A stretch of DNA of 64,000 bases from Yuukianura sp. NJ FZ-2021 (GCA_046563655.1 CM102286.1:6138001-6202000); one strand, 5' to 3'. Shown: positions 14,201 to 28,500, counted from the stretch's first letter. Program-made: numbers and translations. The notes: generated by a model not told the origin, from the sequence alone.

Positions 14201-17200
14201 GAACACTTTTTTTTGAAAAGCTATTCATACGCAAACCGAAAGAAAAAAACAAGAAACCTTGCTCACCGGAAACAATATTTTATTTCTGCGTATCTGCGTC
14301 TGCGGCATTTTTTAAATTTTGTAACACAAGAAAGTGCTCAAAATTTCGGCAAAACTGAAATTTCAAAGAATTCTAAAAACAAAGAAGATATTATACAGCA
14401 AGGTTTTTAGCACCGGAAGTTGGAATCGCCAAATTTTGATTTTCCAATAACATTTTTTTTGCCAATATTAGAATTTTTGGTAGTGACAACAAGAGTGGCG
14501 TTTCAAAGAAACGGAAACGTTCTTAAAACTTCCGTTTCATTAACATACTTGGCACGAACGCTTGATGTTTTCAATGGCCCTGTACATGCAACTTCCGGTT
14601 TCAGGAGTCTCGTATAATAACGAAAAGAGCGAAGATTCAGTTTAACTTTTTGCAGCGATTTTCACAGAAGCGATTCTTTGAAAAAAGTAATAGGAGCCAA
14701 GTCGAAAAAGATTTCTTTGAACATTTGAAGTAACTGTCGTCATTTTTCAATTTGACGTTTGTAAATTTCTCACAATGGAAAACGATTTGTTATATCGGCG
14801 CCTTTCCTTGTCTAAACATTGGCGTTTAATACTTTTTTTTTAGCTTTCAAAAATACTTTTCAGTGATCCTTTACCTGTACACTGACTTTTACAATTTCCT
14901 ATTCCTTTCAAGATGTTTTCAAAACACGAAAGACCAAAATATTAAACCAAGCCAAAAACCATCTTTCGAACGTACGCGTTCTCATTCAAGTAGCGCGCTT
15001 TTTCAAAAGATTGTTTTGTTCATTTGCTGTAGTCCAATACTGTCATTGTTAGGAGTTCGAACAAAAGAAATTGCAGTGCCTACGGTAGTCACTCAACTAC
15101 TGAATCACGACTGACAGCACTTAGTTTTGCAAGTTTCAAGTTTGCGTAGACAAATGAATACAAATTTGTCGCCCCGAGGCCATTTCCCAGCGACATATGG
15201 TCAACAATGACTTTGATTTTTTGACTCAAACTTCATTTGTATTTCAAATGAAAATGACCTCCAGCACAATTTCTGAATTAACTTAAAAGTGTTGAAGTCT
15301 TTGCAAACAATTATCTTTCATTCCATTCAAACATTGCCTTGAGGCTAGTCAAACTCCAATTTAAAAAAAATGGAGTTACTAAATTACCTTTCTTCAAAAT
15401 TGTCTCGTATAATATTTAAAAATTTGAATTAGCTAAGAATAAAAACTTAATTTGATCATTTTTTGCCGCCGGCTGAAACTCGCTTCAGTTTTTATACTGG
15501 TTCAATCTTTGTCAACCAGACAGTTTTTCCCTGTCATGTCAACTTGATCCACTACTGTCACTTCTTACATCATGCGGAACCCACACAAAAAAGGCAGGCG
15601 CGCAGTAATTCAAAATTAAAAAAGAACAGCATCAACAATCGGCATCTGAATCTCATCTCGACATCTCCGCCCACTTGGAATCAGAAAGGATTTAATGAAA
15701 GAAAGTAAGCAGGGAAGGGGAAGGCAAATCCCAGCATCTAAAATTTAAATCTCAGCATGAGAAAGGCTGATCTTGACTGTGTGAGGGGAATAATCCAGAT
15801 TATTTGTTTCGGTTTTCGTCTTGTTTGAAAAAAAAATTCAAAATCTGTACTTTTACGGTTGTCAGTCAATAATAAAAAAGCCAGCGAGGGACAGCAGGGC
15901 TTCATCAGCTCTTTGTCACTTATTTCTCTGATCTTCAAAAAACTTTAATCCAAAACACTTGGTGTCTCAATACTAGTCCAAATCCGTACAGGAAAAAAAA
16001 AGTACTGTCCTTGTATGGTATCCGACTTATTTCTAGCGTTACGGACGAGACAGGGAAATGTCAAGCTCTTTTTTTTCAATTTCTGTCTTCCCATGACCAA
16101 ATTCTGAACAATTTCATTTCCCAGCCTCCATTTCTTTAGTGAGGAGGGGGAGAAAGTGATTTTGATTGAAGTCGGAATGAAATTCCAGAGTGAAAATCAA
16201 AACCATATGCTTCACTATTGAAACAGAACGACTTGATTAACTTGTTTAGAAATTATTCACCAGTTGTTGGCTGCTTGAAATGTCTGAAATTTTGAACTTG
16301 CAGAAGTCAATTTCCTTCCGTTTGAGTTCAGACATAACTTACTGTAGTGATGTTGTTGGAACGCTAAAGTTCCCACAGACTCCGACGAAACGAAATTCAC
16401 ATGAAGGTATTAAAATTTAATTGTTTTTGAAAAGGGGAAATTACGATGCTTGAGGGCCGTTGTTAGCAAAAACCACAAACTACGCGTATAAGCAGAAGTT
16501 TCAAGACGTCAGACGAAATTATTGGCAGAGAATTAGTCAACCGTGCCGAAAGCAGAGAAAAGAAGAAGCTAAAAGTGCAGACGATTCTTTTTTTGCTAAT
16601 CTTCAGCTTCACGCTCTCGGCACACCCAGACTGCCATAAAATTTCCTGCTTCCTTTCATTACACAACAAAAACAAAAGAACAACATTAGCAAAATTTTCA
16701 ACATCTTTTTGCTTTTCATTTTAAATTTAACGCTAGACGCAGCACAAAAATTGTTTTCAACCGCAGCACTTAAAGTAGATGCAATCTACGAATAACATTT
16801 TTCATTTTTGTGAATCATTGCCAAAATACTTGGTTTTAGTTCCAAGTATTTTTGACACAAGTTTTTTTGATATTTTGTGTTTTTAAAATTTGGATGTGCA
16901 GAAGTCAAAATTTTACGCTTATTATTGATGATTGTGCATTTTCGTCAATTCGTTGATGTTTGTATTATAAACGCGGAAAGTACTACTGCGCAGTCGCAGC
17001 TTTATGCTATTTTTTGAACAGCCGAACCATAACTGTCTACTCAATTAGTCCAGGAAGTTGTGCTGGAGACAATTTATTTAAGTGTAGCCCAAAGCAGTAC
17101 AGAATTTGTTAGTAAAAGTCGTTTATTCAACGACTTCAAATGGCAGATTCAGCACAAAGTTCAAAAACTATGATTTCCAGGAGGGATTCAGGAATCTAAA

Positions 17201-17448
17201 AATGTCTTTTTTCAAGTTCCCACTACAACGTAAATCTGTCTTCTCTAATAAAGTTCTCTCCAACGAAATAATGATGGCAACGTTCATCTTATAAGTCGGT
17301 TTTTTCAAATTGCAAGTTTCCCGTAGTATATTATTATCCCTTAAACTTATTTTTGCTCACTTGAGCTTGCTTCCTCAATCAATTTCTTTTTGCTAGAGCG
17401 GGAAACTCTGCGACGCTGGAAGTAACGCTGAAACTGTTAGGTTTGTGC

Positions 17449-17481
17449 TATAACCTAACCATAGCCTAACACTAGCCTAAT
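17449..17481 (+). repeat. Degenerate telomere-like (CCTAA)n tract
   Basis: TAACCTAACCATAGCCTAACACTAGCCTAAT holds three CCTAA units. Related short tracts at ~12674-12696, ~28241-28260 and ~5453-5466. Confidence 0.5.
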
Positions 17482-17780
17482 GCTTCACCCTCAGCTTCTG
17501 TCCTACATAACCTCCGTTTGCCCTTTGTTATAATTACAATCTGATCCTATTTGGGTGGGAAGCGGCAGAAAGCCATTATCCTTCGTTTCCAGGAAACAAG
17601 ATAGGGCTTCTTCCCCTGCTCCAAATTGAGTCTAATTGACAAAGTTAGTGGTGCAACTAAAACTGCAACTTTCGTTAAGGCGGAAACCATTGGAATCCGT
17701 TAGGCGGGAAGTTACAACCTGGGAAAGTTCCTATTGCATAATGCATAGCCCCTTAGTTTCTAATCCTTCCTTCCGAGATA

Positions 17781-17826
17781 GCCTTCTATGATAGAAGGCC
17801 GCTGGTGAAAGCAAATTGCTTTCACC
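17781..17826. repeat. Two adjacent perfect palindromes
   Basis: GCCTTCTAT-G-ATAGAAGGC (17781-17799) and GGTGAAAGCAA-A-TTGCTTTCACC (17804-17826), separated by CGCT. Confidence 0.9.
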
Positions 17827-19339
17827 GTCTCTTCTCTTCCCTGTACCACTCCCAAAGTTCATGAATTTCTAATTTTAGAAAAAGTTTCTTGTAAAAAGGC
17901 TTTGCCTTAAGAAAAGCTTTCCAAAAATGGAAACGGTTTTGCACAAATTATTTTTGCAAATGAAAATATTACGGCCCACTATAACCCTTAATCAAGGAAA
18001 GCTTGTCTACTGTTATTAGCCGTTTTCCTTTCTGAAACTTCTGGAAATGAGTCAGTTAAATTTCCTAAATGGCTTATCATCATGCTCTGAGAGACCAAAA
18101 TGTAAATAAATAAAAAGACATAAAATAAACTTTCATAATGTGTGCAAAAACTGCGGAATTCCTTCATTTCTTTTGAAAACAAAATAAAGTAAAAGCACAA
18201 TGGGAATTTTTGCCTAAGTTTTGCAAAGCACGGAAGGCCTAGTTCGAGGAAACCAACAAAACTGGTATTTTGAAGGCATTCAACGAAAAGGGGGAAATTT
18301 TGGTGCAGAAGAACACTATTTTCCAAGAACTATTTCAGAAGTAGTTTTTCTTGGGATATAGTCGTCAGGAGTGTTAAAAGGCGAAGGAAAGGAGGGGTGA
18401 TTTTCTCTCCCCTGCTAAAACCAAGTGTTGGACATTTGATTTAGTAGAAGACGGAAAAACCTTTGCACGCAATGAGGAAACAAAGGGAATTAAGGGAATG
18501 GAGAGGGGAGAGAAAGTTGGAGAAAGTAAAACGGAGAGGACGGGGGAGTTTTGAAGATTGGCGGGAATGTTTTAGGAGCTGCTTTCATGCGGCAGTACGA
18601 GTACAATATGGAATGTACTTGGAATGGAAGGGGGAAGCAGTGAAGGCAGCCTATTATTCCGAACATATCTCTCTGTTCACCCCAACGTCCTCAACCTGTA
18701 CGTAGATCAAATGCAGTAAAACAATGGGTATACGACAAAAAATTCGGAATTATCAGCACCGACAACACTAAATAAACTGGTGTGCAGCTAAGAACACAAG
18801 TAAAAATCATCCTGAGTTTATTCTTTTGTGCTGTTTAAATCATTATTTTTGTTATTACGTAGAGCCACCATCCTTACACGGATTATACCGCACTGATTCT
18901 ATTAGGCTGCTTAATGCTTTGGTAGGTGACTTCTGGTTGGATTTTTGTATTTTGTAGGATTCCGGATCACAGAAATAATTCTTTGGAAGAAATATTCGAT
19001 GGTACGCAAAAACTCGACCATGAACGACCGAGAACGGGTTCTGAAGAGGAGGGTGGAGAAAGTAAATGACAATATTTTTTTACGTTCCGTGCGAAACTCA
19101 CGGTGAAAACTTCCCTTCTTCCTTAGCCGATCCAATTTTCAAGCCGAATGAGAAAACTCCAACGCCTTCAAATAACTTTCTACATCTCCCCTTCCATCAT
19201 TGATGCAAGCTAGGTGGCCCTCTAAGGCACAACGGAACTTTCCTGGAGCAGCCCAAAACAAAAGTTAGTTTCTACCTAAAAGTCTATTTGCCCCTCCAGT
19301 CAAATCTTAACGGCAGAGGTAAAAGTTACTTTTTCAGAA

Positions 19340-19580
19340 TTTCTGATGTTCATGGGAAGTCTGACTTATTCCATTTCGAGGAACCTTAAGAATGACACAT
19401 CTACTTTTCTTCATTAATCCAAAATACTTTGTTTCTCCAGGCCAAGCGAAGAGACCTATTCCAGCCTTCTGGAAATGAAAGTTTGTACGGAAAGAAAATC
19501 CTCTTGTTCTTATGAGACTTGGAACAAATGACAAGGGATTGAGATTTTTTCTTACTTTCATTCCTTCACTTTCACTTCCT
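19340..19580 (+). mobile_element. Decayed piggyBac-like (PGBD) transposase fragment
   Basis: Across frameshifts and stops: LIPFRGTL-x11-KY, LLEMKVCTER and VLMRL..KGLRFFLTFIPSLSL. These follow the order and approximate spacing of piggyBac motifs DE.(L/M)IPFRGRL..KYG, LL.F.VYTGK and VV.RL...KG....DNFFTS..L. Matched by eye only. Confidence 0.4.
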
Positions 19581-22500
19581 TCTTTCGTCGTAAGTGGATT
19601 GATTCAATTCCAAATTCGAAAATTCCCTCCCCATAGTTGTTTTTTCGTCTTTTTCAATTTTTCTTGATTCTCACCCTTCCTTTTCTCCTAATACGTTCGT
19701 TCTCAATCAGAGATTACTTGAGTAATTTCCTTTTCCCCTAACCCTGCCACAGTTACTTTCCCTGGGGAAAAGAGCTCGGGTGGTAGATTAAACTATTTTA
19801 TAGAAACCAAATCAAATTCAATCAAAAGTAATCCACAACCCTCTGCTTTCTTTGTGAAAAGCGATTTATGTAAACAGGATTACTTGTGCAGAAAAGGAAA
19901 CATTTGTGGCTAAGACCTGCCTAATAATATTATCTTCATTGGCCAGATGCAATGCAACTTTCTCCCCTCTTGCATGTTTCGAATTTAAACTTTTTTAAAA
20001 AAAAACTCCTAAAATTGCTTTACTTGATGGATTTTGATTGTAACTGCTTCAAAAGCTTCACATTTCACATTTAACAGGGTTCAAAATTTGATTAGTTAAA
20101 AACTATGCAATTGGAGTGTTTTCAAAAGAAAAAGTCCTAAGTGTCTATAGGCTTCTTTACTTCAGGAATTTTTTTGATTTTTTACTTTACTTTTTTTAAA
20201 AAAAAAACTGTAAATCAAAGTAGCGTAAAGACTCGATTTTGAAATCATGGTCTTTATGTCCGAGTCGATTCCAATTTATTGGTTCATAAACCTTTGTTGA
20301 AGTTTTTGAAGATAAGGTGACGTCTAGTACTAAAAGTTACTCTATAAGCTTCTACGAACTTTTGAGAAAAGAAGGCTTTCTTTCCAACTTTCACTTTCCT
20401 TCCAACTTTTGAACAAAATCCATCATTGGTCGATTTCGAAATTTAACCCATTTTAGTTGAAAAGTCGATGAAAGATTTCCTTCCTCCAAAAAGCTTCTTC
20501 TCAAGAAAAGCCCACTGAAACTTGGCTCCAAGAAGCAGAGATTTCTTGTTTTCTTCTTCCTCCTTTCGTTCCAATCTCAAAACAACATTCCAACTCTGTC
20601 GAACATTACTTTCTCCTATCAATATTTCCGTCACATTTCATTTTTGAAAAGACCTAGATTCATCGTTTGGATAACAACTATCATCAGCCTCACAAGCATC
20701 TTTGGCCAAATTTGTTTTTAGAAAAAAAGCATTCCATTTTCAAAAATATAATGTTTCTTAAAATTTGTTTTGAACGTACTGCTAGAACAGCTTATCATTT
20801 TATGTCGGGAGTTGAATCGTTTCTCCAGATTTAGAATTTAGTGAGAAAAAAAATGATGTATGGCGCTGAAAGCTAAAGGGAAGCGGGAGCTATCGTCAAC
20901 ACTGACACAGCGTCAAAGTGACTGAATTCAGTCAAGTGAAAAGTATAAACAAATCATCTCGATGGATGATTTTGGAAAGATGAAATGGTGCCATTGTCAC
21001 TTGTACATGTTCATCCCCCTTCCTGAAAGATCCTGTTAGCTTCATCCTGCAAATGCCTCATCCGCTACTTCTACTTCCCAAGTTACGAATTATGACAAGT
21101 CCTATGTTGACAGAAGTAATTTTGATAAGTGAAAGCACGTAGAGTGTCCTGTCCACTGAAACTTGTCGGCGAAAAGCAAAAATTTATTTTTTGTTTGTGT
21201 TTTTATACATAAATTTTGGTTACATATAGGCTAGTATTTACTGCCGTCGTGCCATAAAATAAAGTTGGAATGGAAACGTTTCCAGTCCAGTGCCTCCATT
21301 TCGCTTCAAAGTAAATTTTTGTTTCTATCGTGGCGTGAGTTCCTACAGTAGGAGCCATTAGATTGGCTTCGGTAGACACGGATGTTTACTTTTGCAAAAA
21401 ATAAACTAGACTCTCAGTGGGAAAACAATCTCTCGTGGAGCCAAAAATGACATTCCAACGCTCGTCTTTGATTTTTGAACCGATGAAATTGGAAAATCCA
21501 CCACAGGTAACAAAATACATTTTGTATTTGTTCAGTTTATCATGGTGACTTGATGAAAACTCCACTTCAGAATTGCAAAAATAGAGTTATTGTCCAAAGT
21601 GCATCCGTTAGTTTAGCCCAACATTAGCTTTTAATAGACTTTTTTTATGATGAACTAAAATCCTTGACATGCTTCTATCCTCATTTTCCCACAAGATTTG
21701 ACCAGCTTGACCCCATCGCCTCCAACTGAGATGAAATGAAAGATTCTATCCATTAATTTTCTTTTGGCCGTTTAGCTCTCTGCTGGTTCCCACGAAATAA
21801 TTGATTCCATCATGCAATCAATTGGTAATACACCTCGTGCCCATTTACAGTTTCTAAATACACCGTAACCTATCATAACCTGCACTTAACCTAGAAAATG
21901 CCTCATCATCTCATTTGTACCTCAATGACTTGAAAAAATATAATATAAAATTATACAAAACATAGAATTAAAAGCAAACATGTTCAAAAAAAAAAGTTTT
22001 TCAGGTTCAGTTATGCACAAATTGGCTAACTTCCCATGATGCTGATTTGAATTTTCCACTCGATTTACGTGATGACAAGCCACGCATTTGAAAAAATTAA
22101 ACGCATAGTAGAAGTGGACCATTCGTGTTGTGTCTAATTTCGGTGATTATTGTTTTGACAGGTAAGAAATATGATGGTTCTGGAGGCATCAATTAATCAA
22201 CCAATCCTCTATGCATTAACAACAAGACTCATCATGGTTTCAGATCTTTTCAAAAAAAAAGTCTTGAAAAAAACGAAAATGCGTGAACGTTGATCATATT
22301 TTGAAAACGAGGCTTAGCGAAGAAGAGACACGGATGGAGAAAAAACGACGAATTGCGTTTGCTCGGAGCCTTTTCTCTTAAAAAACTTTTAACTAACGAG
22401 ATCCATCATGTGTCGCTGCCTTTTCCTTTCTAATTGTGTCGTTTTTTATTCTGGAAGTTTCTTTTCTTTCTTAACGAGAAAGTTGGAAGAACAAACAACT

Positions 22501-25500
22501 TCTGCAGGTTATTTCTACAAGGGCAAAGGAATTACTGCTACTAAAGTTGCAACTTTGGAAAAAAAAAATTTGTAGCTTGTGTTTTTTTGAGCACTTTTGA
22601 AATTAATGAGAATCGTCCAAATTCTCTTTCGCAAAGGGAATTCACCTATAGTTTTTAACATGAAAGAAAATTTAATGAGAAGCATTTCTTTAATCTTCCG
22701 CATGTTAAAGATCAAGAGGCTAAAATTCACGAGGGAATTTCCAATTTAAAAATGTCCAGTATGTTTTTACATTTTCCAAGTTCCTACATACTAATTTCAA
22801 AATTAAAAAACATGAGTTAATGCAAAAATACGTTAGAGCGCAAACTCTATTAGAGTTTTAAAAAAGTTTTCCTTCAAAAAATAAAATTCTAAACTTGTCG
22901 AATTTATGTTCTTTTTTAAACCTAATACACAAACCATGACTTACCTCAGGTTATTGGAAATGTTGAGTTTTTTCTAAAGATAAACGTAAACTCCAAATTT
23001 GCTAAACGCGGAAGTTTCAAAATGACTTCGACTTCAAACTTTGATTCAGAGCTTCCGTCTAAGTCGGAATTTGAAACTCGAGCCAAATTTTCAAAGTTGT
23101 GCATAGTAACTGAAACAGCACATAAATGAAATTTCTGCCGTTCCAAGGAGATTATTAGAAGCTCAAAGTAGTATTAATGAGGTACAAAATAACTTCTGCT
23201 TACCTTGGATTAAATTCAAAGTTCCTAGAAGTAGAAGAAGCGATGTTGTAACCGAGACCCGATCCATTTTCAAATGTCAAATTTTCCCGCACAAGCTTTC
23301 TCTGAGTTTACTGCTGTTCAGATTCTCACATTGTTCACAACTTTTAAAGCTTATGTTTGAAAATCTTCCGCACGAAGGGAAAGGTTTTTGATGTCGATTT
23401 GAAAATTCCTGATGACTGATGCGTTTCTGTTTTATGTTTTGATTAAACAGAGCTGATTCGGCATCTATTTGCAGTAGGTGGTGAAAGGTTTAGAGCAGTG
23501 CTAATTGACTACTCCAAAGTTTCTAGCCAACTTAAGACAACTTTAGAACGTTTGGTGATTGATATTCCTTATCTCTATGGATGCATAAACACCTTCTAAA
23601 GTACACTTTAAGGTTAGAAAAACGTTTTTCGGTGTTTAACGTTTCGAAACGGCTTCTTTTGTAAACAACTAAAAAGAATTGGAAATACGATGATGAGAGG
23701 TTTAGGAGCTTCCAACTTAAGTTTCCCCGTCTAAAATTGTTCAAGTGCTCTTGTTTCTCTGTATTCCGGAGTAAGGGCCCACCAGTCCACTTGAAGGGCC
23801 CACCGGATTCACTCTGAGTGTTCAACAACAGCGGGAGTGTTAGTTTTTAGAACAAGAATTGTTCAAGTTAGGCAGTGGCGGTGGTTAGTCTAATGATGAT
23901 TCCTTCAATGTCCAAAATTTGGAAGATGCGAAGATGGAAAGGAAGCCGGCGGTGGGTATAATGGATGACTGTGCATAATTCACTGTCTTCTTCCAAAAAC
24001 GCTTCTTTTTGACAAGCCTCTTCACCAGTTCAATCTTCAATCTTACTCTGCAACCACCAAAACCAAAATCCCAGATCCTCTACAGATCTCCAACAGAGTC
24101 AAGATCAACTTATCTTTCAGCCTCTCCAACTAGTACTTCAACCGCAACTTCATCTTCACAAGATGGAAATAGACGACACGGACTTCCTACGGAAACTGCA
24201 TCAGCTTCTGCAAAGAAAAAAACAAACATAACTTTTAAAACCAACTTAACTACAATTTAAATTTATGTACCATGTAGTCATATCTTTAATCTTGAGCAAA
24301 TAAACATTATATGCTCATCTTAGACCATGATGATGCGAAAAATAAATGTCCATTACAAATCCAAACACGACAACAAATTTCGACAAAAGGGAATTTTTTT
24401 AACATTGGAAATTTTCTATCGTATCAGATTTGCTACCCAGTTCCGCATTCCATCTTAATTTTAAAGTTTCTTCGTTTTTGGTTTGATTTTTTGAACGCAC
24501 GAGCCTTGGCTTGCTGTAGCTTCTAGAATTACTGTGAAAGCAAAACGAAGCAGAATAATTTCAATCGATACGAGGGCACAGGGCGCGTAATTGGAAACCC
24601 TATTATTCCCTTTCGAAATTCAAAGTTCTCGTTAGTTTTGTATGAAATGATGATGATATTCCAGGATTTGGTTTAGAATGGTTACTTGACATTGTGAACT
24701 TCCTTCTGCTTACTTTTGGCTTCCTTTTCATCCCAATCATCCCATATGTTGCTGCTGAACACTATACTCCATTAGCATTAGAATTTTGTTCAAAATCTAT
24801 GGTGCCTGGAAACCACAAAAGCAGTTCTATTCAAACAAACTTTTACTTTCTACCTTTCTCTCTTTCTCTTGTGACAATATTTGATTTCGATTACACCGGA
24901 ACAGAGTCTCGTTCGCTTGGATTTTCATTATAGGAAATCCATATTGCCCTTTATCAAAAATACTATAGCTAAAATTTTCTCTAAAAAAGCAATACTGAAA
25001 CTTTTTGTTGCCTACCATCGTTAAAATTTTGTAAAACTTTGTAGTTTTCGAGGTTATTAAAATTTTCGTAAGCGTCATTTTTTGGAACGTGGAATTCCCA
25101 AAATAAATTTTAACACTCTGTCTTGTTTCTCGAAAATATGACGCTTAGCAACTCAGTTCTTTGCCAGCATACAGTAGAGTGGAATTCCGTTACACACTTC
25201 ATAGTTGCGGTAGACGCACTACTTTTAAATGTCGGTTTCCATTTTCATTTGGATGAGAAGCACTAAGCGATGAAAATGAATGACTATGACTCGTCGTCGG
25301 CAGTACTAGAAGCTCAAGAGGATCTCGTCTCTCTCGAGTCGAGTCAGTTCCCATTTTCCCAAAGTTCTAAATGTAAACAATGTCCCATAACTTTTGGTCT
25401 ACTATGTTCACAATGGACCATTGCCAAGCCTTTGAACTTTTTTAAACCACTTTCCAAACTACACTGGATACTAGTTGATTTTAGCTCCTCTACTAACGTT

Positions 25501-28500
25501 TGATTTAGGAACCCAATATTTTCAAATTACTCTCCACAATAATGTTGTTCTGTCGGAGCTACTCCTGAACTTACCTGGAAAAAACACATCCAGAAAGTTT
25601 ACTTTTCCAAACGCAGAAGTTATTTACAGTGCACTTAAAAATATTGGTACTTTTATTTACAACAAGCAGTAAGTAAAACTAACCTCTAGCAGAAGATGCT
25701 CTTCTCCCGATCGTTATGTTTTTGTAGTCCCTACCTTTACATCTCACTTTACAAGTTTCAAGATGAATAGACTTTTAGCCATTTCTCATAGATTTTTATG
25801 GAAATTTTCTCAAGTGTTTCTCCATTATGTCAAGAATGGAAAAAATGATGCCCAACAAAAGAACTTCGAATAATGACCATGTATGACACGAAGAAGCTTT
25901 CTCTACCTAAGTTAAGCACGAGCGCCTACACTATGTTCTACAGCTGGGTAAGTTTTTTTGTGTAGGTTTTTGCTTCTGTAAGATCATAATTTTTAATGGG
26001 AAAAGCTTCCTACTACTTTTAGCAACAAAAAAAATGACAATGACAACAAACGACTTCCATTTCCACTTCACAAAGGTTTCCGTTTTAGAAAGATGCGCTG
26101 GCTAAACCTACGTTGAAAACCGCTGTTTATGTTAAGTTTTTTGCTCAAAGTGCGTTTTCGTAATGGATTGAAGCAATTAACATTTGCGTTACTCACTCCG
26201 CAAGTGGCGTCTCTTTTGCCTAAAGTTCCGTTTGCCTCCAAATGCCAAAAATTGCGTTCCACGGTTTTCCAAATTAGGAATCTCATTTAACAAAACTCAG
26301 CGCGGGAACATGCTTACGGCTTGCGACTAGCGAAAATAACTTAGGCTAACTGGAGAAAGTTGTGCTCCTAATGCTAGTTTCGATTAAAGTTTAGATCGTC
26401 TAGAGACTAGACATTCCTTGTGGCACCCACCCTGCAGCACCTAATGAGAAAAAGAACAAAAGCGTCCTTATGCTAATCCACAAAATAAATTATGGACACA
26501 GTGACATCGAACAACATTTTCCTGAAATTCTGCCATTTCCATTGTCTTTTTTCTGCCTAATAAATCTCACCCCGGCTCCCCCTATCTACTTGAATTTATT
26601 TTGCCAGGTATCACAAATTATTCCTTCAAATTGGGCCATTAGTCATGAACATTTAGTCGTTTGTTTGGACACAACGCTTTTCTCTGTTTTGGTTTCAAAA
26701 GGATTTACGAAATGAGTGGAATACAAACTAAAGACATTTGCAAACTTAACCATAACTTGAACTTCAAAAACGGCAATGTTTTTGAGTCTTGGAGGTATAA
26801 TTGCCGACTTGACACAAATTTAACAATTATACAACAAACGAGTTGGATTCTGAAAAAGTTTTTGTGGAAATGTGTTTGTAAAATTGACTCCCTGCCGATT
26901 TTGTTTTTGTCCAAAAGGTTTTGTTTGAAAAAAAAGTTGAATACGCAAAAGCAAGCGACAGCGGACAATTCAGATTGTGGAACTTCTGGATTTACACAAT
27001 AGGAATTATGGTTAAACGAAAAACAGGTCCTAAAGCCTTGTCACACATCGAAAAACATAGACTATAGCTCGCCGCTCAATTCAAATCGGAAAACGTAAAG
27101 GATTTGGAAAATAATAGTCCCGTTTGCAATAAATCTTAAATTCCAAAGCCAAAACCGAAACCACACAAATCCATTGTGTTTTTCTTTCTCCTGTCTCCAC
27201 ACATTACACCAACCAGTCAACCTAACGTCCCAAAATGTCATTTCTCTCCTATTTACTAACGCCAAAGTTCCAAAATGTTCTAAATTTCAGTTCAATGTAA
27301 AATACGGTGTAATTTATACTCTCCCTAGAGCCATCACCGTAGCACTAGCTTAGAGCAGACTGATAAATTATCAGTATCCCCCTACGCTATTATACGCACA
27401 AACTTCTAGCTTTGAAATCCTTTTGTTTTTAGATTGCCTCATTGCCTAAAATTTAGATAAAGCAGAGCATTGTCTGTCTTCACACTTGAGAGATGAGGGC
27501 ACCTAAAGACCGGATTCTGATACCGTATCTTTCAAAAACAAAAACCTTGTTTCGGGTTTGTCTTTATTACCGTAAATATATTGAAATCTTAGGTTTGTAG
27601 TGCGGGAAATCTGATTTTTGTTTTACGCATGCGCCGTGCCAAGAACAAGACAACCTTGGCGTCCGTCACGGTTTTTATTCCTGTCGTACCATAAAAGTGT
27701 GACGGGGCATGTTGCTCCATAACAAAAGAAACTTGTACTTTTACTATAACTTTACTGGTTTTATTCATAACGTATCCGCATATTGTATACATTAATCTTG
27801 TGCACCATACTGCATACTAGGTATAATTGTACATACAAAACAATGTACACTACATGCGTATGACTGGGTGCATTTTTTATTTTTATCATAAGCAAAAGAG
27901 ATCTCAGGTCAAAATGGTCATCAAAAGAACAAATACAAAATGAGCACAAAAGTAAACACGGCGTCCGTATGTGTACAATACGGAACATTAATAAGTTTTA
28001 TCATTTTAATCCTAAATGGTGACGACAGCATAAAGTCCGGTGCGAATACATTAGCAGACGTCTGAATCCTGGCTGCTGGTCATGAGCCGTTGACCGTTTA
28101 AGTGAAATTCGAATTTTCTGATAAGACGTCGCTTCATAATCTAACTCCATTGTCACCTACAATTTTTCCGTTTTCATTTTCGTTTTCCTCAAAAGATTCC
28201 GAATCGGAACTTGGTCAAGTGGAAGTTCAGATAAAAATGTTAGCCTAACCTAAGCCTAATACTACAAAAGTCAAAAGTAGTAAGCTCAAAGGCAGCAGTC
28301 AACAAAAAATAAATGGCTGGAAAAAGGAAGCCTTAGAGATTGCAAATCTCGACGTATCATCTCGCAGGATTCGGTTTGAATTTTCTTTTTGAAAATATTC
28401 TTTTGATAGATGAAGGTCTTTTGCTTCCTAGTACAACCTTAAAAGCTCCCTTCCAGAATTCAATCTCCCTCTTCAAAATTTTGATTTTGACATTTCTATT

